Shown here: one piece after another, positions 37,551 to 50,981 of the stretch
Layout of the letters: every line of letters begins with the position of its first letter
Position numbering within the stretch: the first letter of the stretch is position 1
NCBI RefSeq assembly: GCF_001194135.2
Contig: NC_068997.1
Span: 47,088,644-47,152,643 of the forward strand
Reading direction: 5' to 3'
Source: Octopus bimaculoides
Taxonomy: Eukaryota
Length of the DNA: 64,000 nt
Made by a program: the position numbers and the translations under genes
The notes under the pieces: generated by a model
Told to the model about the DNA's origin: nothing
Databases searched by the model: none
What the model saw: only the letters and a program-made list of their open reading frames with translations

Positions 37551-37748
37551 CAAGGCCTGAAATTTGAAGGGAGGGAGATAGGTGATAACACCGACCCCAG
37601 TACTCAACTGGTACTTATTTTATCGACCCCGAAAGGATAAAAAAGCAAAGTCGACCTCTGCGGAATTTGAACTCGTAACGTGAAGACGGGCGAAATACCG
37701 CCAAACATTTCGCTCGGGGTGCTAAGGATTCTGCCAGCTCGCCGCCCA
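37551..37748 (-). mobile_element. SINE A, near full length
   Basis: CAAGGCCTGAAATTT...CGACCCCAGTACTCAACTGGTACTTATTTTATCGACCCCGAAAGG...GATTCTGCCAGCTCGCCGCC. Confidence 0.85.
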
Positions 37749-37959
37749 ATAATATCAATTACAGCAACAACAACAACAACAAAACCTCTGCTTCGTGAAG
37801 GAGACGTGATAATTACTAAACGAACCAAATAGGAGAAGACTTTATGTGATCATTTCAGGCCGCCTGTCATCTTTGAAAATGTGCGACACATTAGCCGGGT
37901 TCTCCGTCGGTGAAGACGATGTGCGTGCCAGTTGATCTAATCAAGTGTAAAATTAACAT

Positions 37960-38196
37960 GTAAGTGGCTGAGCACTCGACAAACACGCGTACCCATAACA
38001 TAGTTCTCAGGGAGGATCAGCGTGACAAAGAATGTGGCAAGGGTGGCCTTTTGAATTACAGGTACTACTCAGTTTTGCCAGTTGAATGGACTGGAGCGAA
38101 ATGGAGTACCTTACTCAAGGAAACAACGCGTCGCTGGGAAACGAACGTACGACCTAACGATCGTGAAAAGAATACACTAACCACCAAGCCAAGCTC
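37960..38196 (-). mobile_element. SINE family C
   Basis: The minus-strand head GGCTTGGTGGTTAGTGTATTC...CACGATCGTTAGGTCG...GACGCGTTGTTTCCTTGAGTAAGG is homologous to the head at 52293. Confidence 0.65.
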
Positions 38197-38590
38197 TTTT
38201 ACATGGCACTTTAGAATCAAAACGTATACAAAGGGTGGTCATGGCAAGAATGTTTTTAACCGGAGGTCCCCTGGATCAAGTGTGACCCTGGGTTAAATAG
38301 CAAAAATACTTCTGCCTATTGAGCGAATGAAAGTGTGTTTCCCTGTGTAGTTGGTGGGCTTGCTAGAAATAGGAGCTAGATTACCCTTCTCTAAGTCTCA
38401 AATGAAGGACAGAAATATTAAATAAAATATGATGCAAGATACAATGTCTGGAGGCTGATAGGCACTTGACCATGGTTCTATCAGGATTGAGGTGTACTGG
38501 AAGTTCGACTGCAGCAAAAGCGACTACGTTGACAACAACAACAAATGTAACAGCTAATATATTTAGATAGGAACAAACACAAAGACACGC

Positions 38591-38597
<7 letters not shown>

Positions 38598-38669
<72 letters not shown>

Positions 38670-38678
38670 CATACTTAT

Positions 38679-38721
<43 letters not shown>
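38598..38721. repeat. (AT)n-(GATA)n compound microsatellite
   Basis: Direct reading. Confidence 0.95.
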
Positions 38722-38722
<1 letters not shown>

Positions 38723-39025
38723 GGGTAAACATTATTAAAATTAATTACCAGTGGAAAAATAGATGTCAAAAGACATAAAATATTTGTTTATAAGAGAGTA
38801 TAAATAGACGAAGAGAAAAAACCATCGATAGGACTTCTTACATACTGGCAAGGGCAGTTACAACCCAAACCCCGAAAAGAAATTAAGTAAATTGACTTAA
38901 TTTTTATTCATTCTAGTGCCCACAAGCAACGTGCCCTAAGAATTTATTTTCGTGGTTTGTGTTGTAACTGCCCTTTCCAGCATGTAAAAAGTCCTATCGA
39001 TGGTCTCTTGTTCATGTATTTATCC

Positions 39026-39138
39026 ACGACGGGTTTCTGTCTACCATATCCACTCACAAGGCGTTGGTCGGCCCGGAGTTATAAGAGGAGCCAATTGCCC
39101 AAGATGTTACCCAGTGGGACTGTACACGGAACGATATG
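39026..39138 (-). mobile_element. SINE B 5' half, decayed
   Basis: ACGACGGGTTTCTGTCTACCATATCCACTCACAAGGCGTTGGTCGGCCCG...TGCCCAAG...CAGTGGGACTG. Confidence 0.7.
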
Positions 39139-40418
39139 TTTCCTGCGTCTATGTGTAATTATTTTGTTTTAGACTTGGCCTTGCGATTGTCTGGTAGCAT
39201 CTCGTACAAATATCAAGTATTTAAGAATGTTTGGCCAGTATACTAACATATAAGTTTATATTCACCAGCCTTTAAACCCCCACTGCGTGTATATCTATTA
39301 TGAGATAAGAATGAAAGGTTCTGCGCATGATTCTTCGTTGAGCCTTTCAGAAAGCTCGGAGCAAGATGCGTTAACCAGAGTCACGCTATAAGCAATATCA
39401 ACAAATACGATATTCATAAGTATCTACAGCAAAAGACATTTACAAAACTGAGACATTACATATCTTGTTCTACATATCTTCTATGAAAATATAAAGAAAC
39501 ATCGCAAAAGCATACTTCTGGACAACCTAAGCTAATATCTTATTCCAAACGTTATGTATAATGTTTCACGCTTAAAAGCACAATGTGTATCTTAAGTTAA
39601 ACATATGTATCCATTTAAATGCGTATCTACCTACCTACCTTCCTACATACCTACCTATCTATTTGTCTCTCCGCCTATCTGTCTGTCTGTCTATCTATCT
39701 ATCTCCCCTTTTCTTTCTCTCTTTATATACACGCACGCAGCACACACATATAACTATCTACCTACCTGTCTGTCTATTTATCCACATATCTTCATTTAAC
39801 AATCTGTTTTACTTCTTTCACTGCGTAAACGCACGCGTGCATACAGACACACACACACGCACACACACACACACACACACACGCATGTTTATGTATGTAA
39901 TTGACCCAATGCATTTTCATGCTACATCTTGTAATTTAAACCCAGGAATATCCCGCTCAATCTGAGATGGAACATGTAGACTAAGGCATGTTTTTAATTA
40001 GGTAATGTGATGCTTTGTAACTTTTGTACATCTAAAAGTACTGCAATGCTCCGCGATAAGATATCAACCTTCGCAAAACGCTCCGAGAAAACAATCTTCC
40101 AACGAACATTATAATCATGGAATCCCATCAATCTTTCCTATACACCCAAAGGAAATATTCTTTTCTACGCTAGACACAAGGCCCTAAATTTTGAGAGTGC
40201 TGTGTACTAAATCTATAAAACTGTGCATAAAATATATAAAGTGTATATATAAAGTACATTAAGTAATCATCGTATTCCAATTTCCTTCACTTTTCAAGGA
40301 TTAGCAGGCACAACACAGGCTACGCTTTCAGGCTTTTTAGATAGTTTTTTTTCAGAAATAATCCAATAAGCTAACCAATAATTCCATGAAATATTCACGG
40401 GTCCCTCTTGTTATTATT

Positions 40419-40503
40419 AAAGCGGTGTGCTGGTGGAATCGTTAACATGTGGGGAAAAGATGCTTAGCGGCTTTTCGTCAGTCTTTGCATTCTGTGTTCA
40501 AAT
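40419..40503 (+). mobile_element. SINE A head fragment
   Basis: AAAGCGGTGTGCTGGTGGAATCGTTAAC...ATGCTTAGCGG...TTCTGTGTTCAAAT. Confidence 0.7.
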
Positions 40504-40550
40504 AAAAGAATAGAACATATATTTTCAAGCGTCGATTTTAATATGACTGC

Positions 40551-41140
40551 GTTGTGAGAAGTAAAAGACAGCAAGCTTCCGTAAGCGTGGGCGATCTGCT
40601 ACAAATTGGTCACTACTTTGGAAGAGTAATTAACCTCGTTAGAAAATATATATGAGATAAATAAGTGTTCTTCTACGACAAATAGACGGACATGAGTGTT
40701 GGTTTTACCACACACACACACATACATATTTACTTACATGGATTTTGGACATACGGCGTTGTGAGATGCACAAGACAGTTAGCTTCCGGTAACGTGGGCG
40801 ATTTACCGCAATTCGGCACACATCTTATGAAGAATAACTAGCTTCGTTAGAAATATATATGTTAGATAAATAAGTGCTGTCAACGGCAAATGAACTGATG
40901 TGTGTGCGTTGACATTATCACACATGTATATATTTTCTTACGCAGCTTTAAGTCTTACCACGTGATGAGACGCACAAGGCAGCTAGCTTCCGGTAACATG
41001 AGCAATTTGCCGCAGTCCGGGACACCTCTTGGGAAGAATAACTAGCTTCGCTGAAAAGATATTCCTTAGGTAAATAAATGTTCTTCAACGACAGATAAAC
41101 GGATTTGTGCGTGTTGACTTTATCACAAGTATATTTATTT
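40551..41140. repeat. Tandem trimer of a ~205-bp unit
   Basis: Units start at 40551, 40758 and 40962 (periods 207 and 204). They share AGCTTCCG(G)TAA, GAAGA(A/G)TAA, CTTCGTTAGAAA and AGATAAATAAGTG motifs. Confidence 0.85.
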
Positions 41141-42323
41141 CCAAACAAACCTTAAGTTAGTTCAAATATGTCTCTGCCATAAAGGCAAATTCACTGCAGA
41201 CTACTGTGTAGGAAAAAATTCTCGCTTTATAGTAATAGATGTAAAAACACCATTGCCAGTCCAGTGGCTCCCTCTTGTGGAGCTCTAAATGAATTTCTAG
41301 CTTTTTACGCCGTCCTCATTAGAGGATACCGAAGAGAGATAACCCTGGTCTGACTAAAATTTTAGGTCAGATCAAATATGTTTGAACTAACCTAATGTTT
41401 GCTTATTTTCCCATGACTACTTCGCACTACTAATTATGTTCTTGTTCAGATCAGGAGGTTTACGAGCGTAGGTCAGTCACTGATTTGATATTTATTATAA
41501 AGCTTCAGTTTTAATCAGGGTGGTGCCCCAGTATGGCTGCTGTCTCATGGCTTGAACGAGTAAAAGATATTGACCGGATTATTCCATAATAAACGACACG
41601 CCTACATTGTAGTTCTTATACTTGTTCGCATCCGTATTTGGCTCATGAGCTGGTAAATGGCTCCTGCCTTGTTGGTTCTATAATTCATATCACATCCTAT
41701 GCTTCCTTCACACTATACCATTCTCTATAACACTTCCCAGATAGGAGAAATGATGAGGCAAATAAATGATGAGAAATAATACTGAGAACACAAAAAGGTT
41801 AAAAAAAAAAAAGGAAAGGAGTTTGGCAGGGCTGTATTCTTTTTTCCTGCTTGTTCAAGATCTACATTAAGTAGATAATGCGACAAGCAGTACAGGAAGA
41901 AGACAGCAGGAAAATACATGGCTTACATACTACTAATCGAAGGTATCCAGGCGATATGTCTCTATTTGCCAAGGTAGTTTCCATACGTACCACAACCTGA
42001 AATGGCCTTTCAAATACGAGTCCATTTACAACAAAATGCTGACGTTAATGTTGAATATTTACAACGAATCAGAAACACTCAAGCACAACTCCGATAATGG
42101 CTACAGACGATAGCGAATGGAGGTCTTTCGCTCTATTTCGTTATTCAGTTACGATAGATATATAAGTAGACCCCGTATAGCTTCTGAATATATTATTGTA
42201 TATAAAGTTCGGTCGATTTAACGTGACATTTTTTTAAAGAGAACAAGTCTTCCTTGTAACCAAATATGTACACATATGCATAATATAGAACTATATCTAT
42301 ATTTGTATCTATCTATATGTATG

Positions 42324-42355
<32 letters not shown>

Positions 42356-42656
42356 TACCTATNNNNNNNNNNNNNNNNNNNNNNNNNNNNNNNNNNNNNN
42401 NNNNNNNNNNNNNNNNNNNNNNNNNNNNNNNNNNNNNNNNNNNNNNNNNNNNNNNNNNNNNNNNNNNNNNNNNNNNNNNNNNNNNNNNNNNNNNNNNNNN
42501 NNNNNNNNNNNNNNNNNNNNNNNNNNNNNNNNNNNNNNNNNNNNNNNNNNNNNNNNNNNNNNNNNNNNNNNNNNNNNNNNNNNNNNNNNNNNNNNNNNNN
42601 NNNNNNNNNNNNNNNNNNNNNNNNNNNNNNNNNNNNNNNNNNNNNNNNNNNNNNNN

Positions 42657-42698
<42 letters not shown>

Positions 42699-43185
42699 TG
42701 TGTGTGTGAGTTTGTGCGTGTGTGTAAGTGTGTGTGTGTGTGCATGTATTTATATGTGTGTGCGTATACATATATACGTATATATGCTTGCATATATATG
42801 AACACGAACATATATGCAAATATAGGATACATTTATCTATACATAAAATTGTAATACAGACATACGTACATGCGTGTCAGTATTAACATCATATAAAGAG
42901 ATAAGATTTCATGTTTACTCAAAAGGAGCTTGAAGTATATACACACATACGCGCAAATATATACATTGCAAGAAACAAAATTGTATCTTTAGCCATGCAT
43001 TCAACTAAAGGAACGAATGCATAACATATATATACAAGCGTGAATGTTTAACTGTGTACACGTATATATGTGTGTAAACATAGTATGTACATATTAGCAC
43101 TTGCATTGAGAATACATTTGTAAATAAATTTGTTTGCAGATATATACATGCTAATATATATGAAAGTAAAAAGATGGCCCAAGAT

Positions 43186-43229
<44 letters not shown>

Positions 43230-43395
43230 CGTATGTATGTATGCATGCATGTATATATGTATTAAGTATTCCTGTCTCTGATCCTCCTTTCCTTTTTGGA
43301 GGTTTATCTCCCTGTCAGTCTGTCTCATCTGTATGACTTTCTGTTTGTCTCTATCTGTACAATGTCTCAATCTGTTTATATTTATTTAGCTCTGT

Positions 43396-43429
<34 letters not shown>

Positions 43430-43608
43430 TTATTTTATTTGCTGATGTATGTACAACTAGGCAAATATGTGTATACATATATATTCATATACACACACAT
43501 ATATACACACACACACACGTATATGCACACACACACACACATATATACACACACACACACACATATATACACACACACACATATATACACACACACACNN
43601 NNNNNNNN

Positions 43609-43654
<46 letters not shown>

Positions 43655-44297
43655 CAATTATATAGATAGATAGATATGTAAACACTGATTCGTTTATACG
43701 TCTATATGTGAATATACGCATGCCCATATATATGTTTATATATATGTATATATATATATATATATATAGTCATACATTTATATATATACTCTGACATACA
43801 TATGTACATACATACATACATACATACACACACAGATCCTTTCATACGTGCGATGATGTTATTTCCATTCACGCTGCCAACATTCAGTTACTGACATCAA
43901 ACACCCTCGTTTCACATTATACCTCCCCACACACTCTCTCGCATCCCGCATCGCTCCACAACTCCAATACTATCCTACCCCAACTCAAACAGTACCTCCG
44001 TTTCCACCAACTCTCACCATTCCCATAGAGTCCATCCAACGTTGCTAGTTGAAAAGAAAACAAAAAACCCCAATCACAAACAGTTTCTATTTAAATTTCT
44101 CTCACCCGTCAACTTCATTGTTTATTTTAAGTGAAATTATAAAGATCCCTTAACGTATATAATTAGTCACCAGTGAATGTTTATGAATCTATATATATAT
44201 ATACACATGTGTATATATATCCAAGAATTTGTGTGTATATGTATGTATGCTTATGTAAGCAATGTTTACACACACACATGTATGTATGTGTGTGTGA

Positions 44298-44337
<40 letters not shown>

Positions 44338-44822
44338 GCATAAATGGTTTTCTCACACACATAACTGTATGCAAAAGTGTAAATAGGTATTTAAAGAAAG
44401 CAAGTAAGAAAGTGATGTATATATAAATATTTTTATATGTATATGTAATTACATTTATATATATATTCATACTTATATGTATATACATACATACGTATAT
44501 ATATATACACATATACACATATATATATACATACATATATATATGTATATATATATATATAGACATATATGTGCGTGTGTGTGTGTTTTAGTTAAGTTTA
44601 AGTGTACGTATGTATATACATGTATATCTAGACGCTTGTGAAGCCCTGTTTATCCACGACCACAATTTACACAAACACATTTGAACACATATAAGCATAC
44701 AAACACACACACACACACACACACACANNNNNNNNNNNNNNNNNNNNNNNNNNNNNNNNNNNNNNNNNNNNNNNNNNNNNNNNNNNNNNNNNNNNNNNNN
44801 NNNNNNNNNNNNNNNNNNNNNN

Positions 44823-44875
<53 letters not shown>

Positions 44876-45457
44876 ATATAGAAAGCGCATACTGGTATTT
44901 TTTCCTGAAGAATTACAAGTCCTACACATTATTCACGATGAAGAAAGCACAGTGGCATTTTAAAGAGTATTTCAATAGAGCAAGTTGATAAAAAAAATTA
45001 CAGCTTCCTACATTTCAAAACCATTTGTGATATAAGTATCACATAACCATCTTTATCGAATGCTTACTTGTTTGTATATGCACATGTATACGTGTATGTG
45101 CCTACATGTAGGTATGTACATGCATGTATGTACGTATCTGTGAATGTGTATGTGGGCGACATGCACAACAGTATTATCAACAATCCACCCGTTATTCATG
45201 TATTTTTCTAAGCATTTTGAATAACCCTGTATTAATGGTGTATCTCCATTTGTGTGTTTGTATAAGCATATGCATGTATGTGTGCGTGTAGGTGGGTGAG
45301 TGTGGATGTGTATGCGTGCGTGCGTGTGAGCTTGTATATATATATATATATACTATATACTTAAACATACACACTCATGTGTGTACATATATGTTTGCAT
45401 ACATATATATCTATACATATATGTATGTATGTATGCATATGTATACATACATATATA

Positions 45458-45494
<37 letters not shown>

Positions 45495-45592
45495 GGAGAA
45501 GTATGTTTTCTATTTCATAAGAAATTAGTAGCGTCCATGTGCATTTTTCTACACACTTGCACTAATGTACACATAAATACTCACAGACGCAT

Positions 45593-45650
<58 letters not shown>

Positions 45651-46139
45651 GTATGCGTTTGCGTGTATTTATATATATATATATATATATACATACACAC
45701 ACACATATACATATATGTACACATATATCGGTATACATGCGCGTGTGTGTGAGTACTTTTATGTATCATGAGAGTCTGCACTCCGCCACTTAACGCTATT
45801 CCACGACACATTACTATTCCCCTTTTAAGATCTGTTTAACATCTCTATTTGTAAATAAACCATACATGTTGGCATCGAAGGTTTATTTAGAAACTCATTT
45901 TTCACTGCTTATAATATAAGAGCAGCGCTGGGGCTGCCCGACTTCTGTTTCTGACCGTCTCTTTCTTCGTTGCTCTTTCTGCGTATCTACGAGTTAAACC
46001 GATTAACCCTCGCTTTCTTTCACTTACTTACTCTTTCATTTCTCTTTCTTTTTAGAGTATGTATGTATATATGTATGTATATATGTATGTATATATTTAT
46101 GTGTATGTATGTATGTATGTTATTATTCAGTTTTATTGC

Positions 46140-46400
46140 ATGATTCTTGCCAATAGAGAAAGAGCCAGTTTCTAACCTAGATCCAAGTCTCCTCCATTGG
46201 AATTCCAGCGACATAAAACAAGGTACTTTTGTATAAATGTACGTATGTATACGTGCAGATGTGTATGTTTTATTCAATGCATTTTCTCGTACATATACTT
46301 GTATATCTAGACATGCTCATATTTAAATGATAAACTTTTGGAAAGCTTTACGGATTTTAACAGTTCCAGCAATGGATTGGATCTATAATCTTCGAATCAG
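46140..46400 (+). repeat. Dispersed repeat (family D)
   Basis: TTCTTGCCAATAGAGAAAGAGCCAGTTTCTAACCTAGATCC...CTAGACATGCTCATATTTAAATGATAAACTTTTGG, homologous to 61530-61810. Confidence 0.75.
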
Positions 46401-46482
46401 CTTTTTCCTTTCTGGTTTTGAGATGTCAGGTTTCTCAAGATTGGTATTTAAGCAGTATGTATGTATGCATGTATTTTTTTTT

Positions 46483-46670
46483 TGTTTCAGTCATTTTGAC
46501 TGCGGCCATGCTGGAGCATTTCCTACAGTCGAACAATAGACCTCAGGGCTTATTTTTTGTAAGCCTAGTACTTATTCTATCGTCGCTTTTGCCGAACCGC
46601 TAGGTTACGGTGACGTAATCACACCAGCATCAATTCTGAAGCGATGTTGGGGGGGGGGGGTCATAAACGC
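46483..46670 (-). mobile_element. SINE B 3' half
   Basis: TGTTTCAGTCATTTTGACTGCGGCCATGCTGGAGCA...AAGCCTAGTACTTATTCTATCG...TTTGCCGAACCGCTAGGTTAC. Confidence 0.85.
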
Positions 46671-46689
46671 ACACGCACAAACATACACA

Positions 46690-47376
46690 CATAAACTGTC
46701 GTCTAAATTACACAAAAATGAAAATAACACTGACATCTCATTTTAACATATATTTACCAAAATATTCTTTACTCCATGAGTAAATTTATTCAATAAAATC
46801 GCTAATGGCTTCAACCACGGCCTCCAGATGACTTCGGAATCTCCTGCAACTCTTCTGGATGGTCTCCTTGTTGTTCTGGATGTTGTTGAATGCTGCCATA
46901 ATCTTTGCCTTCAGTTCATCTTTGGTGTTACAGCGAGTTTTGCTGGTCTCTCGCTCATTTGCGCCCCACACATTATAATGAAGGAGGGTTGCAGTCTGAG
47001 AAGTTAGGTGGCCAGATGTTAGGTGATGTGGTCACAGACATTGTCTGATAGTCATGACTGTGTTCTCCTTCCTGTGTAACATGGTATACAGAGCTGTTGC
47101 CAGACACAGTGTCTTCCAGCAAACACCCTCTTGTGTTCTACTTCCTGTGTAACATGATATACAGACTCGTTGCCAGACACAGGGTCTTCCAGCAGCCACC
47201 CTCTTGACCGCGCGAATGCCAAGCAGTACAGCATGTTGCTTCCAAATTTCTGGCAGAGTAAATTGTGTCATGGTGCTGCTTTTCTCACAGACGGTGCTCA
47301 ACCGACCCTACGATACTATACTTTTTAGTCGACAATATCAGAAAACAAACGGCGACAATTTAGCTATCACATCTTG
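46690..47376 (-). mobile_element. Internally deleted Tc1/mariner element (maT/DD37D-like)
   Basis: Minus strand: TA|CAAGATGTGATAGCTAAATTGTCGCCG end; MTQFTLPEIWKQHAVLLGIRA; WQQLCIPCYTGRRTQS*LSDNVCDHIT; NIWPPNFSDCNP; WGANERETSKTRCNTKDELKAKIMAAF...CRRFRSHLEAVVEAISDFIE*. Contains a 73-bp tandem duplication (47060-47205). Confidence 0.85.
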
Positions 47377-47387
47377 TATGTATATAT

Positions 47388-47422
<35 letters not shown>

Positions 47423-47430
47423 ATCTTTTT

Positions 47431-47482
<52 letters not shown>

Positions 47483-47498
47483 ATAGATAAATAGATAA

Positions 47499-47550
<52 letters not shown>
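47431..47550. repeat. (GATA)n microsatellite
   Basis: Direct reading. Confidence 0.95.
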
Positions 47551-47906
47551 GGTATTTCACACAGTTTTTTTTTCTTTTCGACATGTGTATATTTGTCATG
47601 CAATTTATGCGTTTTCAATAAACTCAGAAATTAGCCTCGATGTTCATAGTAAACAAATGGCTTCTGCACAGATGTTAACAACTAGGTGTGTTGAAAAATG
47701 GCTCCAACTAACTATTTCCTAGGTTCGTTTGACCTTCACCAATGTGTGTTGATTAAAAATGTATACCGTACAGTTTCTAGTCAGGTAAGTGCTTGCGTAC
47801 GACTATGTATGTATATATATATGCTGACGTGCGTGTCCCTTTCTCCATGCTTGTACATTTGGATGTTTCATATCTATGTCTACTTGGGTATGTGCCTATA
47901 TATGTT

Positions 47907-47948
<42 letters not shown>

Positions 47949-48587
47949 CATACCTATATATATATATATATATATGTATGTGTGACACCACATTTCCTGC
48001 TTAACACAAACTTTTAACCCTTTTTTTAAACCTAACAAAACTCCCAACTCTCATGCATCCTTATTTTTCCTACCAGTTTATACATGAACTACTATTGAAC
48101 TACAAAAGCTCAAAGACAATATAATGTATGGGTACATTTATTTTTTTATATATTATTGTTTTATATATTATTTTCTTCATTTTGTACTTCTTTNNNNNNN
48201 NNNNNNNNNNNNNNNNNNNNNNNNNNNNNNNNNNNNNNNNNNNNNNNNNNNNNNNNNNNNNNNNNNNNNNNNNNNNNNNNNNNNNNNNNNNNNNNNNNNN
48301 NNNNNNNNNNNNNNNNNNNNNNNNNNNNNNNNNNNNNNNNNNNNNNNNNNNNNNNNNNNNNNNNNNNNNNNNNNNNNNNNNNNNNNNNNNNNNNNNNNNN
48401 NNNNNNNNNNNNNNNNNNNNNNNNNNNNNNNNNNNNNNNNNNNNNNNNNNNNNNNNNNNNNNNNNNNNNNNNNNNNNNNNNNNNNNNNNNNNNNNNNNNN
48501 NNNNNNNNNNNNNNNNNNNNNNNNNNNNNNNNNNNNNNNNNNNNNNNNNNNNNNNNNNNNNNNNNNNNNNNNNTATATATATATATG

Positions 48588-48622
<35 letters not shown>

Positions 48623-48631
48623 TTAATTATA

Positions 48632-49418
48632 TATTGGTTTGACAAGAAAGTAATTTTGTTTTTCGCAAATAGATAGAGTTACGATTCTTTTGAATGACTT
48701 TCGTCAATTTTATGATTTTTTTCATTTTGACATTTGGTAGCTGTAACTTTTAGCTTTCTTTAGAAGCAAATTTCGCGTAATTTTGTTAACATCTGTTAGT
48801 TCAGTGTCAATTTTAACATACAGTGCAAAGACGAACATTTTCGCCATATTTTGCTTTTTCTTTCCGTAAAGGCAAGGGAGTTGCTGACGATCACAAAGCG
48901 ATATGTGGAGCTTATGGTGTTGATTGCTTAACATAACGCACATGTTAGAAATGATTTTAAAATTCCGTTCTGGAGATTTTTCACTCAAAGTTGACCAACA
49001 TTCTGGTCGACGTACTAAAGTTAATGATGACTGAATCAAAGACATAATTGAATCTGATTGCCATATAACTGAGCGAGAGATTGCAGAAAAGTTAAATAAC
49101 AGTTGAAAATCGCTTAAAATGACTTGGATTCGTTAAGAAGCTCGATAATAAGAGTTCCACATAAATTTTTTAAGAATTTAGTGAAATTTTAAATGTGTTG
49201 TGTATTTTGAGCGGCTTCGAAAGAACCAAATGATCAGTTCAGATGTTTACTGTCAACAACTAATGAAACTGGAGGAAGAGATCAAAGAAAAATGGCTACA
49301 ATTGACAAATCGTAAAGGAATCCTGCTCCACCATGACATCGCTACAATACACACATCTTTGCTAACTCGTGAAAACTTATTTGATGTCGTGGAGCTACTG
49401 TGTATACCTCGCTCAGAG

Positions 49419-49420
<2 letters not shown>
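48632..49420 (+). mobile_element. Decayed, internally deleted mariner transposon
   Basis: TIR-like TATTGGTTTGACAAGAAAGTAATT; KDEHFRHILLFLFRKGK..., KFRSGDFSL..., IIESDCHITEREIAEKL, KKLDI.VPH; VYFERLRKNQMISSDVYCQQLMKLEEEIKEKW..LTNRKGILLHHDIA..HTSLLTRE. Confidence 0.9.
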
Positions 49421-49474
<54 letters not shown>

Positions 49475-49506
49475 ATTGGGTTGGCAAGAAAGTAATTTCG
49501 AGTTTT
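49475..49506 (+). mobile_element. Solo mariner TIR-like sequence
   Basis: ATTGGGTTGGCAAGAAAGTAATTTCGAGTTTT matches the 48632 end in the same orientation. Confidence 0.6.
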
Positions 49507-49639
49507 AGTGGGGACTAAAGGCAAATAGTTGGTTTGGGACTTGCGCATTTCGTGTTTTCTTTGTACCCCACCATAATAACAACTTCATAAAAAATAAATT
49601 GGATAGTCTAACCTTGTTTTCAATATGTCATGCCTGAAT

Positions 49640-49845
49640 AAGGCGACCAGCTGACAGAATTGTTAGCACAACGAGGGAATCCCTTAGCGGTATTTTGTCC
49701 GTCTTCCCGTTCTGTGCTTAAATTACACCGAGGTTGCCTTTGCCTTTCATGCTTTCGAGGTCGATACAATAAATACCAGTTGAACACGGGGGTCGATGTA
49801 ATCGATTAAGACCTTCCCCCAAAAATTGTGCCAAAATTAGAATCC
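49640..49845 (+). mobile_element. SINE A, diverged, near full length
   Basis: AAGGCGACCAGCTGACAGAATTGTTAGCAC...GCCTTTGCCTTTCATGCTTTCGAGGTCGATAC...GTGCCAAAATTAGAA. Confidence 0.8.
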
Positions 49846-50244
49846 AATGTGTTATGCTTGAATAAAAAGGTGTGATGGTCACAGTTGTGACGTCATTGAT
49901 CAGAGGTTTCTAGTTAGAACTGATGTAGAAGTAAACATCACCAACTACAACTACAACAACAGCAGCAATAAAACAGACAAAAAAGCACAACGGCTACGAC
50001 CGTCTTAAAACATCACACAATGCAAACATATGACTCAAACAAAAACAAAACAAAAGAAAAAACAGGAGAGCTATGGCTGGAACGCTTTTGTCTATATGCC
50101 TTGTGGAAAAATGACGACCTGGGACTAAACAACAATAACGGCGACAAAAACAACGTCAACATAAAATTATGTCTTGTACAACATGGCGTATTTCTCTTTC
50201 CGCTACAATGGCGTTCATAAAAGCTATTGAATCATATATTGTAC

Positions 50245-50275
<31 letters not shown>

Positions 50276-50890
50276 CAAACTTGGAGAACACTGCCGTCGT
50301 TTCACATTATTTAACGATGTAACGTTATACATAAATTATTACACGTCTCTAAAGCTCCGTCCTTCCATATGTCTATATAGACTAAGTCCAGTTACGAATA
50401 AAATATCTCGTTTCTGTATTATTACTACTTTCACCTTTGTCATTTCAGCCAAGCTTCTTTTCTTAACAATCATTGCTCGATAAAATACTAACACTATTCA
50501 ATCAGCTTATGATAATTGCTGTCTACTGACAACCGATACAGAAGTCGTATGATACATACTTATCTACGAGTATTATATGTAGTTGTGCCTATGTTTTATG
50601 TTTTTTTGTTTTTTTGTTTTTTCCTGTTTCCTTCATATATTTTACTGTTTTTCAATACTACTTCATACATACATACATACGTAACTACACCGCTACCTAT
50701 CTACAGGCACACGTACACACACACAAATAGATTGATAGATAAACAGACAGATAGATAAATAGACAGATATCGAGAGAGATCGACAAACAGACGAAGACAA
50801 AAAGACAAATAACAAAACAGTTATTGATATAGGTACCTCTATGTACACATGACCGCAGTCGCATGACTGAAATTTAAAAAAGAATATATG

Positions 50891-50896
<6 letters not shown>

Positions 50897-50977
<81 letters not shown>
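50897..50977. repeat. (TG)n microsatellite
   Basis: Direct reading. Confidence 0.95.

Positions 50978-50981
<4 letters not shown>

Noticed and set aside
40565-41000. CAG-10nt-GTAA microexon-like or C-box-like motifs in the 205-bp trimer
   Set aside because: No polypyrimidine tract. The C box (GTGATGA) is present only in unit 3, and the D box is not conserved.
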